From: Rubripirellula sp. | GTDB lineage: Bacteria > Planctomycetota > Planctomycetia > Pirellulales > Pirellulaceae | Assembly (NCBI GenBank): GCA_965216875.1 | Contig: OZ244207.1 | Location: 2,880,001 to 2,944,000 of the forward strand | Direction of reading: 5' to 3' | DNA length: 64,000 nucleotides | In this document: piece after piece, positions 1 to 10,820 of the stretch | How positions within the stretch are numbered: the first letter of the stretch is position 1 | Layout: each line of letters opens with the position of its first letter | Position numbers and translations under genes: made by a program | Notes under the pieces: generated by a model | Database searches by the model: none | What the model was told of the DNA's origin: nothing | Seen by the model: only the letters and a program-made list of their open reading frames with translations

Positions 1-136
1 AATGGTTGCGACAGCCGATATTCCGTTGCGCTCGAAGAAAACGCCGGTACGAGTCGCCGTCGCGTTTGTGATTGCAGCGATCGCGTCCGGACTTTCCGTC
101 TGGCAGGTTCTGCTGCGAGAAACAGAAACCTGGTAG
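1..136 (+). CDS. 3' end of a membrane protein (partial, enters from left edge)
   Basis: Open frame from nt 2 to TAG 134-136 reading ...KKTPVRVAVAFVIAAIASGLSVWQVLLRETETW*, one hydrophobic helix; not in ORF track. Confidence 0.4.
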   Translation, partial: MVATADIPLRSKKTPVRVAVAFVIAAIASGLSVWQVLLRETETW

Positions 137-205
137 ACGAAACCATCGTCGCCTTTCGCTCCGTCGAAAGAAGCGTTTCGCCCATCCCGCTCAGTAGCAT
201 CAGCC

Positions 206-997
206 CTACGCGGCGCGCGCCAACGGCTTGCTTTCGGTTCCGAGCGTTTGCACTGCATCAGTGTTGCCCGTCAAATCGACCTGCAAGGTTTCGACCAGAC
301 GATCAATTTGAAATGGTTTGCTGACGACCAAATCGATGCCGGCACTCACAGCTTGTGTGACTTGATCGGGTGACGGCGCATTGGCGATCCAAACATGACG
401 TTTGTGTCCACTCGCGTCGCCACAAGCGGCCAGACGTCTGTGCCAATGCTCGGCGGTTGATTCCTCGGCAACCGAATCGTCCCACCAATACATTTCCACG
501 CCCCGCACACTGAGCGAGTTGGGCGAAGGGCACCAAACGGCCGTCACTTCGTTTTCGGCCGCGAGATCCAACAGTGGTTCGGCCATCGTGTAAGTTGCCG
601 TGACCACACCAACGCTCATTGGCGCGACACGGTGATTCACTCCCGAAGGAGCTGCAATCCAATTGGGGATCTCTTGAATCCAACGATGCCAGCGGCAGCG
701 TTGGTAATCGGCGTCGCCGCGAACGATCATTCGGTCGGCAACGCAACGGGGTCCGATCAGTTCAAGAAGTGAAGCATCGGGCTGTTGTCGCCGGAGCGCT
801 TCGAGATCGGCACCGGTGACTGGCGTTCCCCACGAACGTGTGAGAACGATCTTGGAGACGCAACTTGCCGGTCGCTTCACCGCCTGTCGAAGCGAACTGC
901 GGTATGCGATCTGAGAAACATGCTCTTCGCAATATGCAAATGCGTCTGCAAACTCGGGTGACTCGCGATCACCAATCCACATCAATGTCTCGGTCAC
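206..997 (-). CDS. hypothetical protein, possibly degenerate CheY/receiver-like fold
   Basis: 263 aa ORF; C-terminal 'AVSAGIDLVVSKPFQIDRLVETL' resembles the receiver-domain 'G(A/I)xxxxxKPF' segment; downstream of and co-oriented with the PTS IIA gene. Confidence 0.6.
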   Translation of the reverse strand: MTETLMWIGDRESPEFADAFAYCEEHVSQIAYRSSLRQAVKRPASCVSKIVLTRSWGTPVTGADLEALRRQQPDASLLELIGPRCVADRMIVRGDADYQRCRWHRWIQEIPNWIAAPSGVNHRVAPMSVGVVTATYTMAEPLLDLAAENEVTAVWCPSPNSLSVRGVEMYWWDDSVAEESTAEHWHRRLAACGDASGHKRHVWIANAPSPDQVTQAVSAGIDLVVSKPFQIDRLVETLQVDLTGNTDAVQTLGTESKPLARAA

Positions 998-1064
998 GAC
1001 AGGATCCTTCCCTGAAACTCATCCATCCCGATCCTACGACCATCCTGGCCAATCGGGTCCGCCA

Positions 1065-1766
1065 TTAAGATTCGTCGATTCGTTCTTCCGAAGCTCTCAA
1101 TGAATGCCAAGCGTCCGCCGGTCCCTGACTCTCTCGGAGCGCCTCCAGCAGTTCACCATCGCCAATCATTCGGCTCAGCTTGGCAAGGATACGGAGGTGC
1201 GACGAATCGTCGTAAGAGCAAATCAGAAAGAAGATGTCCGTCAGATGACCTTGGTCTGAAAAGGGGATCGCAGCCGGACAGACTGCCAAGGCAATCACCG
1301 AATCGGAAAGGATCGAGGTCTGCGGGCGACGCGGGTGAAGCAATGCCACCCCGCCGGCGAGCGCCGTGGGGTGCATTTGCTCGCGCGCCTTGACCGCCTC
1401 AGCCATTGCGGGCGCATCCCACATCAAACCTGAATTTGCAGCGAGATCGCACATCGATCGGATCACCGAACCGCGCGTCCGAGCATTCAGCGGGGCGGAA
1501 ATCGTGTCCGGGCTGCACAAATGATGAATCGGACGCTCCGCTTCACCGCCCGATGCGCGATCGAGCACTTTTTGAACTCGATCCAACTCGTCGCCCTCGC
1601 TGACCCCGATGCGATCTTCGAGCCAGTGATGAATTTCAGCTTCGCTAAACCGCCACTGCCCCCCAACTTTGCGCCCAGGAAGCTTGCCGCGGACCGCCAT
1701 CTTTGTCACCTGGTCAGGCGTCAAATGCAAGTAATCGGCGAGTTTCGCGACATCAAGGTCTTCCAC
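1065..1766 (-). CDS. excisionase-type HTH + PTS EIIA(Ntr/Fru)-type domain regulator
   Basis: N-terminal 'DVAKLADYLHLTPDQVTKMAVRGKLPGRKVGGQWRFSEAEIHHW' (HTH_17-like) and 'REQMHPTALAGGVALLHPR...HLRILAKLSRM' (EIIA_2 with conserved His); GTG at 1766 chosen as start (ORF track extends to 1853). Confidence 0.9.
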   Translation of the reverse strand: MEDLDVAKLADYLHLTPDQVTKMAVRGKLPGRKVGGQWRFSEAEIHHWLEDRIGVSEGDELDRVQKVLDRASGGEAERPIHHLCSPDTISAPLNARTRGSVIRSMCDLAANSGLMWDAPAMAEAVKAREQMHPTALAGGVALLHPRRPQTSILSDSVIALAVCPAAIPFSDQGHLTDIFFLICSYDDSSHLRILAKLSRMIGDGELLEALRESQGPADAWHSLRASEERIDES

Positions 1767-1918
1767 AGCAGTGAGCCCATCGAGGGAATGAGGATATTGG
1801 GTGAGTCCTAATGATAGCGTGACCAGTCGTTTGCGATTCACCTTGACCAGCAAGCCTTCGACGGGTTAATCCCCATCCAAAGAACGATTTTGAACAATCC
1901 CCGGATTTTCGCTCAAGC

Positions 1919-3673
1919 TTGATGGACGTCTTCGCCGACACTCTCCGACCTTCGCGCCGATTCAGCGCAACCCCACGCCTTCGCGATGCGTTGGTCGCTG
2001 CGCTGGTATTTCTCGCGTGCGCGAGTCGTCATCACGACGCGTTGGCACAAGCGATCGCTCCGACACCGGTGCAAAGCGGCGTCGGTGCCTCGGGCGGCCC
2101 CGTCGGGATACCAAGAACTAATTTAGCGCCAATTGATCCTTCGGCAAATTTCGGGACGCCCGCACCTGCTGGTGACCCCTATGCTGCTCAGCCTCAACCC
2201 CAGGGCGTCTTCGGCAACGGAATTGCACCGTCGCAACCTGGCTCGAGTCTTTTCAGCCGCATCTTTTCGCGGCCGGCTGCGACTCCGTCCGGTCCCGCAT
2301 TCACGCCCGCGCCGACCGTTGCCCCCAATCAAGGTTTTGCCAATCCCGGTTTTTCCAACCAAGGTTTCGCAAATCCAGGCCTCGCAACCTCCCCTGGAAT
2401 CGCCCCGGTCAACCCCGGCGTGAACCAAGGCTTCGCCCCCAACCCTGGATTCGCAACACCGATCGCACCAGCTCCAACGGCACCCGGCATTGGCTCGCCA
2501 GGTTTGGGCTCAGCTGGACTGGGTGCACAACCCTTTGGCACACCGGCGCCCTACAACCCCGGCGCTGGCGGAACCACACTTGGACAACCTGGACTGATTC
2601 AACCGGCTCCAATACAGCCCGGTTACCCTCAACCTGGTTTCGCTCAACCGATGCCTGGCTTCGCGCAACCAGGTTACGCCCAACCTGGCTTTGGGCAGGC
2701 TGCCGGCTATGGGCAACCCAACTACGGCTATGTCCAACCCGGATATGGGCAACCCAACTATCCAACTTCCATCTACCCCTCCAACACACCTCAGACGCTG
2801 TACCCAGGCGGCTTGTTTGGCGGGAACAGTCAATGGATCAACGGGCCGGGCATCACCGCTTCAGCGTACCGTTTGTTCCAAGGACCGCGTTTTCAGCACA
2901 CGTTTGTCAACGCGAGTGGAAGTCGACCGTACGACTTACAAACCAACGACACTGACGTTTCGCTCGTCTTTGCCGTCCCGCGTTTCTTTTATTCAAGCCA
3001 GCCGCTGTTCATCATTCCGTCCTTCTCGTTGCACCTTTGGGACGGGCCCGATGGAATCATCGGTGCCGACTTGCCCCCCAATGCTTACAGCGCCTTCTTG
3101 GACTTCGGTTGGGAGTCAAACCCGAACGCGATGGTCGGGACGGAGTTTGGTCTACGCCTGGGCGTCTTTACCGACTTCAAGACCTACAACAAACGAAGCT
3201 TCCGGACACTTGGTAAGGGATTGGTTCACTTTCGCATGTCGCCGACCTGCACCGTGCGGGGAGGTGTTTATTACGTTGACCGCGTGACCGTAAAACTGAT
3301 TCCTGCTGTCGGGATCTTGTACCAACCCAACCCGCTCGCCCGTTACGACTTTTTCTTTCCCAAACCAAAGTTCTCACGTTACCTACGCACGGTGGGTACG
3401 CGAGACGTTTGGTGGTACCTCGGCGGCGACTTTGGTGGCGGTTCTTGGACCATCAAACGAACCGATGGCACCGAGGACAGTATCGATATCAACGAACTGC
3501 GCGTCGCATTTGGCATCGAAACTGGATTCAACGAACAGCTTCGGCTCGGCCGGCGCAAAGGTTTCTTCGAAGTGGGCTACGCCTTCAAACGCGAAGTCAA
3601 GTATCGCCTCAGTCCGTTTAATGACTTTGATCCGCGCGACAACGTTTGGTTCCGCCTCGGGTTCGGTTACTAG
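1919..3673 (+). CDS. secreted protein with Pro/Gly/Gln-rich low-complexity N-half and probable outer-membrane beta-barrel C-half
   Basis: Signal-like hydrophobic stretch, QPG(Y/F) repeats, alternating aromatic beta-strand pattern, C-terminal 'VWFRLGFGY' BAM-like motif. Confidence 0.75.
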   Translation: MMDVFADTLRPSRRFSATPRLRDALVAALVFLACASRHHDALAQAIAPTPVQSGVGASGGPVGIPRTNLAPIDPSANFGTPAPAGDPYAAQPQPQGVFGNGIAPSQPGSSLFSRIFSRPAATPSGPAFTPAPTVAPNQGFANPGFSNQGFANPGLATSPGIAPVNPGVNQGFAPNPGFATPIAPAPTAPGIGSPGLGSAGLGAQPFGTPAPYNPGAGGTTLGQPGLIQPAPIQPGYPQPGFAQPMPGFAQPGYAQPGFGQAAGYGQPNYGYVQPGYGQPNYPTSIYPSNTPQTLYPGGLFGGNSQWINGPGITASAYRLFQGPRFQHTFVNASGSRPYDLQTNDTDVSLVFAVPRFFYSSQPLFIIPSFSLHLWDGPDGIIGADLPPNAYSAFLDFGWESNPNAMVGTEFGLRLGVFTDFKTYNKRSFRTLGKGLVHFRMSPTCTVRGGVYYVDRVTVKLIPAVGILYQPNPLARYDFFFPKPKFSRYLRTVGTRDVWWYLGGDFGGGSWTIKRTDGTEDSIDINELRVAFGIETGFNEQLRLGRRKGFFEVGYAFKREVKYRLSPFNDFDPRDNVWFRLGFGY

Positions 3674-3691
3674 CAGCGCATCACACCACCA

Positions 3692-5200
3692 TCAAACCGC
3701 TGGATAGATCCAAGCGAACAACATGGTGAAAACGAGCGCCGTCAGGCCCATGATCGTGCTCAGTGGCGAGATCGTTCTCAGCCCTTCCGATTCGGTCATG
3801 CCAGTCATCCGCGTGATCACCCAAAAGGCGCTGTCGTTCATCCACGAAATCGGCTTGCTTCCCGCACCGATCGCCATCGCAAGGTACACCGGATGAAACG
3901 GCAAACCTTCGCCAGCGAACCCTTGTAAGATCCCTGCCGAGGTCACCATCGCAACGGTCGCTGAACCTTGAACGGTTCGCACTGACGCTGTGATCAAGAA
4001 GGCAACGGGCAAGATCATCAAACCGGGGACACCTTGAGCGATGTCTTTCACACCTTCCTCGATCCCGGCCTGACGGAGCATCGCGCCGAAAGCGCCACCG
4101 GCGGCGGTAATCAAGATGATCGTGCCGCCCGATGCGAGCGCCCGAGAAACGAGCGACCGCCGCTTTTCTTTCGGGCAATACTTCATGAGCGCCATCGCAA
4201 GCAACGCGCCAAAGCCGAGAGCAATGTTCTTGTTGCCAAGCAACTTCACAACGCCGTAGCCGTCGATCGGCGGTGGCTCGACGAGAACGTCATCCTTTTC
4301 CGGAATCGCCGTCACCTCAACAGCAACCGCCGCCGCGTTTTCGCGTGCTTCTGCTTCGGCCTTTGCCTGCTTGGACAGATAGTTTGCCACCGAGCCGGCG
4401 GCGATCAGAAGAATCGGCACCACAATGGGTGCCAGCGCGAGCGCAATCGACGGTTGGGGTTGGTCATTAGGGTCTTCGGCCGCCTCTTCGGCAGCAAGGT
4501 CTTCCTCGAGACGCAGTGGCACGTCGACCCAACGATCGAGCAAACGTGCTGCCGCAAGTGACACGATGCTTCCACAACCTCCGATGACCAAACCGGCAGC
4601 CATCATCGTTCCGATATCAACCTTGACCAACTCGGCAACGAGCAGCGGTCCGGGGGTAGGCGGAACCAAGGAGTGGGCCAGCGAACCGCCGGCGAGAATT
4701 GCCAGAATGAACAACACATAGTGGCCGCCGACGCGGGCGCGCAACGATCTGGCCAACGGCAACATCAAGTAGAAAACGGTATCGAAGAAGACTGGAATCG
4801 CCAGCACGAACGATCCGGCCGCAAGCGCTTCGGGAGCCCGTTTGGGGCCGGTCACCGCCAGCATTCGCTGAACGATCGCACTCGCGGCGCCCGATTCCAA
4901 CAAACACTGGCCGATAATGCTCGCCAGTGCGATCAAAATGCCTATCTTGGCTGTCATTTCACCAAATGACGTCGCCAAGCGGCTCGGGGCGTTCGTTTTC
5001 ACAAGCGACTGCGCCTCAGGCAGCGACATGTTGCCGCGGTCCACTTCGATTTGAGCGTAACCGACCAGCGCCGAACCGGGTGTGAGCGCAGCAACCAACA
5101 GTCCAGCGGCCAACAACGCCAAAAACGCGTGCAGCCGAAAGACGAGAATCGATACCAAGACAACGACGATCGCGAGGGCAACGATCAGCCAAACGTTCAT
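3692..5200 (-). CDS. GntP family permease (gluconate:H+ symporter family)
   Basis: Motifs 'LHAFLALL', 'IPVFFD', 'HSLVPPTPGP', 'AAGGAFG', 'QGSATVAMVT', 'SWMNDSAFW'. Confidence 0.9.
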   Translation of the reverse strand: MNVWLIVALAIVVVLVSILVFRLHAFLALLAAGLLVAALTPGSALVGYAQIEVDRGNMSLPEAQSLVKTNAPSRLATSFGEMTAKIGILIALASIIGQCLLESGAASAIVQRMLAVTGPKRAPEALAAGSFVLAIPVFFDTVFYLMLPLARSLRARVGGHYVLFILAILAGGSLAHSLVPPTPGPLLVAELVKVDIGTMMAAGLVIGGCGSIVSLAAARLLDRWVDVPLRLEEDLAAEEAAEDPNDQPQPSIALALAPIVVPILLIAAGSVANYLSKQAKAEAEARENAAAVAVEVTAIPEKDDVLVEPPPIDGYGVVKLLGNKNIALGFGALLAMALMKYCPKEKRRSLVSRALASGGTIILITAAGGAFGAMLRQAGIEEGVKDIAQGVPGLMILPVAFLITASVRTVQGSATVAMVTSAGILQGFAGEGLPFHPVYLAMAIGAGSKPISWMNDSAFWVITRMTGMTESEGLRTISPLSTIMGLTALVFTMLFAWIYPAV

Positions 5201-5631
5201 TGACCTTCCTCAGTAAGTGTCAATCTCGAAGTTTCAATCTTGGCGACCAAGGCGAAAAGGCCTCGGCAACCAGACCTCAACCACGCAAAAAAGCGGATGT
5301 CCGAGGCAGTGGGCGACCATCACGGGTCGAGGTGGGCAAATACTTTCCGAATCCGTACCGTTCCTTGCGCATCCCCTAGCAGACCAAACGGCGGAATTAC
5401 ATTAACCTATCGGCTCAGTAGCCGTGGCGTGCCAGAGTCAAGATTCTCTCGCACCGGGACGATCCTTACTATTGAGCGGTGCTTCTTTCCTCACGCGGGT
5501 CAAGTGTGAGCTAAGAAGAAGAGTGGGGGTTCACTCGCAGCAACCTTGTTGTTGTGGCTGGCCGTGTTGTCGTGGCTGCCTAAGATGCGGTTCAAACCCT
5601 GTCCCTTGAAAGACGACTTAGCCGACCAATC

Positions 5632-6474
5632 ATGAGTGCGACTGAAGCCTCAACTGAGACATCGTTTTTTCTTCGCCACGAGTTTGCCATCCGCCGCGTC
5701 CATTCGCTGCTTGGCATCGTTCCTCTGGGCCTCTACATGTTCATCCACTTGGCGACCAACGCCAGCTTGATGAATGGTTCAGAGACCTTCCAGCGGGCGG
5801 TCTACCTCATTCACAGCCCAGGCAAACTATTGCCGCTGATCGAATGGGGTGGCATCTTTGGCCCCTTGATCTTTCACGCGGTGCTCGGCGTCTGGATTGC
5901 CAAAACGGGCAAGTCAAACAGCAGCCAATACAAATTCACGGCCAACCGCAGGTACAGCTGGCAGCGATGGACCGGTTTTATCGCTTTGATCTACCTGTTC
6001 TGTCATATCCTTCACCTTCACGGCTGGTTCCACGCCCACTGGTGGCGGGAGGCGATTTCGGTCGTCGATCTTGGAGTATTCCGACCCTATAACGCTGCCA
6101 GCACACTGGTCGAAGCGATGAGCGGTTGGTTCTGGCCAGCGTTCTATCTGATCGGCGTGCTCTGTTGCGTTTACCACCTTGCCAACGGTTTATGGACTGC
6201 GGGAATCACGTGGGGCCTGTGGATTTCGCCCAAAGCACAAGAGCGTGCATCGAAGGTTTGCACGGTCATCGGACTAGGACTGGCAATCCTTGGAACCACC
6301 GCATGGTGGGCAGCGGTAGCACCTGGTTCGGCCGAAGCAGCCAAATACAAGCAGACCGAAGACACCATGTATCGCGCCGCAGTCGACTCGGGTTGGGTCC
6401 CTGCCAACGAAGAGAAGCGAACCGTTGTCGAAACCGAGGAATCTGAAGACTCCGATTCAGATTCCGAAGATTGA
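5632..6474 (+). CDS. sdhC: succinate dehydrogenase cytochrome b558 subunit
   Basis: 'RRVHSLLGIVPLG', heme-ligand His residues, 'QRWTG', 'YHLANGLWT...TWG'; first gene of sdhCAB. Confidence 0.93.
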   Translation: MSATEASTETSFFLRHEFAIRRVHSLLGIVPLGLYMFIHLATNASLMNGSETFQRAVYLIHSPGKLLPLIEWGGIFGPLIFHAVLGVWIAKTGKSNSSQYKFTANRRYSWQRWTGFIALIYLFCHILHLHGWFHAHWWREAISVVDLGVFRPYNAASTLVEAMSGWFWPAFYLIGVLCCVYHLANGLWTAGITWGLWISPKAQERASKVCTVIGLGLAILGTTAWWAAVAPGSAEAAKYKQTEDTMYRAAVDSGWVPANEEKRTVVETEESEDSDSDSED

Positions 6475-6545
6475 AACATCAAACCAAAGTCTTACTCAAA
6501 TCGCCCGTGATAGGGCGAAAGATTACAAGCGACTGAAGTAAAGCT

Positions 6546-8525
6546 ATGGCAGACCATCGTGTGGTAGTCGTTGGCGGCGGATTGGCCGGTTTGGCATCGA
6601 CTATGAAGTTGGCCGAACTCGGCGTCAAAGTCGACCTGATTTCGTTGACGCCCGTGAAGCGTTCGCACAGCGTTTGCGCACAGGGCGGTATCAACAGCTG
6701 CAACGACCAAACTCGGCAACTCGGCGACAACGAATGGAAACACCTTGACGATACGGTCTATGGTGGTGACTTCCTGAACCATCAACCGCCAGTCAAAGAG
6801 ATGGCCTATTGGGCGCCCAAAGTCATCGAATTGATGGATCGACTTGGCGTGCCCTTCAATCGTACCGGTGAAGGCTTCATTGACCGCCGTCGCTTCGGTG
6901 GCACACTTTACAAGCGAACCGCTTTCGCCGGTGCCACGACCGGCCAACAACTCCTTTACGCACTTGATGAACAAGTCCGCCGCCGCGAGGCCGAAGGTTT
7001 GGTCAAGAAGTACGAGTTTTGGGATTTCCTCGGCCCAATCCAAGACGACTCCGGACGATGCCGCGGCGTTGTCGCCCAAGATATGGTGTCGATGGACATT
7101 CGCGCCTTTCCCGCCGATGCGGTCGTCGTCGCAACGGGTGGCTGTGGGCTGGTGTATGGCCGCAGCACGATGAGTGTCTTTTGCACCGGCAGTGCGGCGA
7201 GCCGTTGTTTCCAAGCGGGCGCACGTTACGCCAACGGTGAATTCATTCAGGTTCACCCGACTGCAATCCCCGGAAGCGACAAACTTCGCTTGATGAGCGA
7301 GTCGGCCCGCGGAGAAGGTGGACGCGTTTGGGTGCCAACCAAGCCGCAAGACGCTCGTGCACCTCGCGATATCCCTGCCGGCGAACGCTATTATTTTCTC
7401 GAAGAACGTTATCCCGAATACGGGAACCTCGTTCCTCGCGACATTGCCACGCGTGAGATTTTTGACATCTGCGTTAACGATGGCTTGAGCATCGAGAAAG
7501 AGCGGATGAGCGTCTACTTGGACCTAACGCACATCTCCAAGAGCGAACTCGACCGAAAGCTCGGCGGCATCCTGGATATCTACGAAAAGTTCCAAGGCGT
7601 CGACCCGCGCGTCGAGCCAATGCGGATCTTCCCCGCAGTTCACTACAGCATGGGCGGTCTCTGGGCCGACTACGCCAAGAGTGGTGATGGCGGCTTGCTT
7701 CCCGGCGCACCTCAAAACCACATGACCGACATTCAAGGTCTGTATGCAATCGGTGAATGCGATTACCACTACCACGGTGCTAATCGCCTCGGCGCCAACT
7801 CGCTACTCTCGTGCATCTTCACCGGCCTATTCACCGGTAGCTCAATCCTGAATTACGCCAAAGATCAAAGCCAAGGTCACGCCGACGTTGCTTCGTCGGT
7901 GATCGACGCCGCGGTCGGAGCGCAAAAGGATCGTCACGACAAACTGCTCAAGAATGACGCCGATGGTGATGAGAACCCGTACCTGATTCACCAGGAACTT
8001 GGCGATTTGATGACTCGAGTCGCGACCGTCGTTCGTCGCAATGACCAACTCGAAGAAGCGATCGGCAAGGTCAACGAACTGCACGAGCGTGCGGCCCGCG
8101 TCAGCCTTTCGGACACAGGCAGCTGGTCGAATCAAAACGTGATCTTCTCGAAAGCACTACAAGACATGTTCCCGCTGGCCAAGTCGATTTTGAAAGGCGC
8201 ATTGCAACGCGACGAATGTCGCGGCGCACACTTCAAACCCGACTTCCAAAAGTCCTCGCTCACCTCGGAAGACCCCGCCGAGCGACGGCAACAGGCTGAA
8301 AAGTGGTGCGACGACTTCGAGGCGAACAATCAGAAGTACCTCAAGAGCACCGTTGCGACCTGGAACCACACCGACAACACACCGGATCTCGACTACGAAG
8401 ATGTCGACACATCGCTTATCCCACCACGGCCGCGTTTGTACGGCTTGGTCGGCGCCGAAGTGATCGAAGAGGTTTGGAAAGAACGCAGCGATAAAAAACA
8501 GGCAACAGCCGAGGCGGCGACCTAG
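6546..8525 (+). CDS. sdhA: succinate dehydrogenase flavoprotein subunit
   Basis: GxGxxG 'VVGGGLAG', FAD-attachment 'RSHSVCAQGGIN', 'QVHPT', 'HYSMGG', 'HGANRLGANSL'. Confidence 0.97.
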   Translation: MADHRVVVVGGGLAGLASTMKLAELGVKVDLISLTPVKRSHSVCAQGGINSCNDQTRQLGDNEWKHLDDTVYGGDFLNHQPPVKEMAYWAPKVIELMDRLGVPFNRTGEGFIDRRRFGGTLYKRTAFAGATTGQQLLYALDEQVRRREAEGLVKKYEFWDFLGPIQDDSGRCRGVVAQDMVSMDIRAFPADAVVVATGGCGLVYGRSTMSVFCTGSAASRCFQAGARYANGEFIQVHPTAIPGSDKLRLMSESARGEGGRVWVPTKPQDARAPRDIPAGERYYFLEERYPEYGNLVPRDIATREIFDICVNDGLSIEKERMSVYLDLTHISKSELDRKLGGILDIYEKFQGVDPRVEPMRIFPAVHYSMGGLWADYAKSGDGGLLPGAPQNHMTDIQGLYAIGECDYHYHGANRLGANSLLSCIFTGLFTGSSILNYAKDQSQGHADVASSVIDAAVGAQKDRHDKLLKNDADGDENPYLIHQELGDLMTRVATVVRRNDQLEEAIGKVNELHERAARVSLSDTGSWSNQNVIFSKALQDMFPLAKSILKGALQRDECRGAHFKPDFQKSSLTSEDPAERRQQAEKWCDDFEANNQKYLKSTVATWNHTDNTPDLDYEDVDTSLIPPRPRLYGLVGAEVIEEVWKERSDKKQATAEAAT

Positions 8526-8631
8526 CCTGAACTTGAGGCCTAAGACCAAACGCAAAGTCGCGGGCCTTTCCCCACTTCAATAATGACTTGACACACATCC
8601 CACGTCATCTCGCCGAGTACAGGATCGAAGG

Positions 8632-9477
8632 ATGATTGCCCTGGAACGAAAACAACCCGATTCGATCAAAGTTCGCGTCCGCCGCCAGGACGGCCCGGGC
8701 CAAGAACCGTATTGGGAACTTCACCGCCTTCCCTACGAGCCCGAATTGAACGTGATCAGCGTTCTTCAAAAACTCGCTCGTCAGGCAACGACGGCGGACG
8801 GCAAAAAAGTCACCCCGATTGCTTGGGATTGCGGATGCCTGGAAGAGGTTTGCGGCGCCTGCACGATGCAAATCAATGGCCGCGTTCGACAAAGTTGCAG
8901 TGCGCTCGTCGACAGGTTGCTTGCAGACAACGAGGACGAAATCGTTCTCGAACCGATGAGCAAATTCCCTGTCGTGCGTGACTTGGTCGTTGATCGACAA
9001 CGCCTGTTCCGAAGCTTGACCCGCGTCAAAGCCTGGGTTCCCGTCGACAGCTACTACAACATGGGAGCCGGCGAACGCCAACTTCGCGCTCAACAAGAAC
9101 AGAACTATCCGCTCAGCGAATGCATGAGCTGCGGATGCTGTGTCGACGCCTGCCCACAGTTCCAAAAGATTGAACTGACGCAGGAGTCGGGTGAATCAGA
9201 CGAAGATTTCGAAGCACGCAAGTTGGCCGCATTCGACAGTGGCTTTGTCGGGCCGCACGCGATCTCCCAAGCCATGTTGTTCAACAACCACCCCACCGGC
9301 AAATCGATCGCAGACCAACGTCTCGATGCCCTGACCGGACCAGGTGGCATTCAAGCCTGCGGGAACGCTCAAAACTGCGTTGCTGTATGCCCCAAATCGA
9401 TTCCGCTGACCACTTCGATTGCTCGCGCTGGACGCGCCGCAACCGTGCATTCCATTCGCAAATGGTTTGAAAAGTAG
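8632..9477 (+). CDS. sdhB: succinate dehydrogenase iron-sulfur subunit
   Basis: Cys clusters 'CLEEVCGAC', 'CMSCGCCVDACP', 'CGNAQNCVAVCP'. Confidence 0.96.
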   Translation: MIALERKQPDSIKVRVRRQDGPGQEPYWELHRLPYEPELNVISVLQKLARQATTADGKKVTPIAWDCGCLEEVCGACTMQINGRVRQSCSALVDRLLADNEDEIVLEPMSKFPVVRDLVVDRQRLFRSLTRVKAWVPVDSYYNMGAGERQLRAQQEQNYPLSECMSCGCCVDACPQFQKIELTQESGESDEDFEARKLAAFDSGFVGPHAISQAMLFNNHPTGKSIADQRLDALTGPGGIQACGNAQNCVAVCPKSIPLTTSIARAGRAATVHSIRKWFEK

Positions 9478-9581
9478 GCGATCGAAAACGGGCGTCGAGC
9501 CGGCGCGAGGCGCGAACCCCACCGTGGCCCGCTGCGTCCCTCGGGAAACCTTTCCCGAATACGCAAACTCCCCGCGGCCAG

Positions 9582-10808
9582 ATGCTTCGCGACTACATCG
9601 AGTTGCCTCTTACTGTTCGCATTCTCTGCCTCGGTTCATTGATCAACCGAGCAGGTTCTTTCGTTCTGATCTTTTTGACGATCTACGCCAGCGAACAGCT
9701 CGGTTTGGGGATCAGCTTCGCCACCGCTTGCATGGGCGTGCTCGGCGCCGGCTCCATGGCGGGTGCCCTTCTCGGCGGACAATTGGCTGACCAAATCGGG
9801 CGCCGCGCCGTGATGCTCATTGCCCTTTTTGGGGGCGCTGCGTTACTGACCATCATCAGTACGATCGAAAACCGTTGGGCCTTCATGGCGCTGGTTGGAC
9901 TGTTTGCGTTCGTCAGTGACATGTACCGCCCCGCGGCATCCGCGATGATTGCCGACGTCTCCCCACCAGACAAACGGCCACATGCGTTTGCTCTGATGTA
10001 CATCTCGATCAACCTTGGCTTTGCCATTGCGCCTCCCGTGGGCGGGTTCTTAGCTGGCCACTCGTTTCAATGGTTGTTTTGGGGCGATGCTGCAACGATG
10101 TCGCTTTACGGTTTGATCATCATTGCGATGGTGCGTGAGACGTTGCCGGGCAAACAAGTCGACGACCAAAACGATCCAACCGAGTCGATCGTGCCGACCA
10201 TCGATGCGATCCCGTTTCGACAAGCGGCGCGCCGCATCATGCACGACGCTCCATTCCTGTTGTTCTGCTTGTCCAGTTTGCTGATGGCGCTGGTGTTCAT
10301 GCAAGGAATGTCGACGCTCCCGATACACATTCGCTCGATTGGCTTGTCAAATGTCCAATTCGGTCTATTGATGTCGGTCAACGGAATCCTGATCTTCCTG
10401 TTCCAGTTGCCGATGACGCATTGGTTGAGCCGTTTTAACGCAATGCGCGTCGTGGTCATTGGAGGACTCTTGATCTCGATCGGCTTCGGGCTGAACGCCT
10501 TCCACGGCGGGATTGGGTTCATCGCATTGACGATCAGCATTTGGACTCTCGGTGAGATCATGCAGGCACCGTTCAAGCAAGCGATCGTGACAAACATGGC
10601 CCCGGAGGACCTCCGTGCGAGATACCTCGGGCTGTTCAGCATGTGCTACGCTTCCGCGTTGACGATTGGTGCTCCGATTGGCGGCGAAGTCCTCGCCAGG
10701 TTCGGTCCGGAAGCACTTTGGAGTTGCACGTTCGCAGTGGCGATGGTCGCGGTGACCGTTTACCTGATCATCTACCGTCCGGTAACGCGTCGCGCTCAGC
10801 CAGCCTGA
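9582..10808 (+). CDS. MFS transporter
   Basis: About 12 TM segments, MFS motif A 'GGQLADQIGRR'. Confidence 0.9.
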   Translation: MLRDYIELPLTVRILCLGSLINRAGSFVLIFLTIYASEQLGLGISFATACMGVLGAGSMAGALLGGQLADQIGRRAVMLIALFGGAALLTIISTIENRWAFMALVGLFAFVSDMYRPAASAMIADVSPPDKRPHAFALMYISINLGFAIAPPVGGFLAGHSFQWLFWGDAATMSLYGLIIIAMVRETLPGKQVDDQNDPTESIVPTIDAIPFRQAARRIMHDAPFLLFCLSSLLMALVFMQGMSTLPIHIRSIGLSNVQFGLLMSVNGILIFLFQLPMTHWLSRFNAMRVVVIGGLLISIGFGLNAFHGGIGFIALTISIWTLGEIMQAPFKQAIVTNMAPEDLRARYLGLFSMCYASALTIGAPIGGEVLARFGPEALWSCTFAVAMVAVTVYLIIYRPVTRRAQPA

Positions 10809-10820
10809 CAGGCGTTCTTA

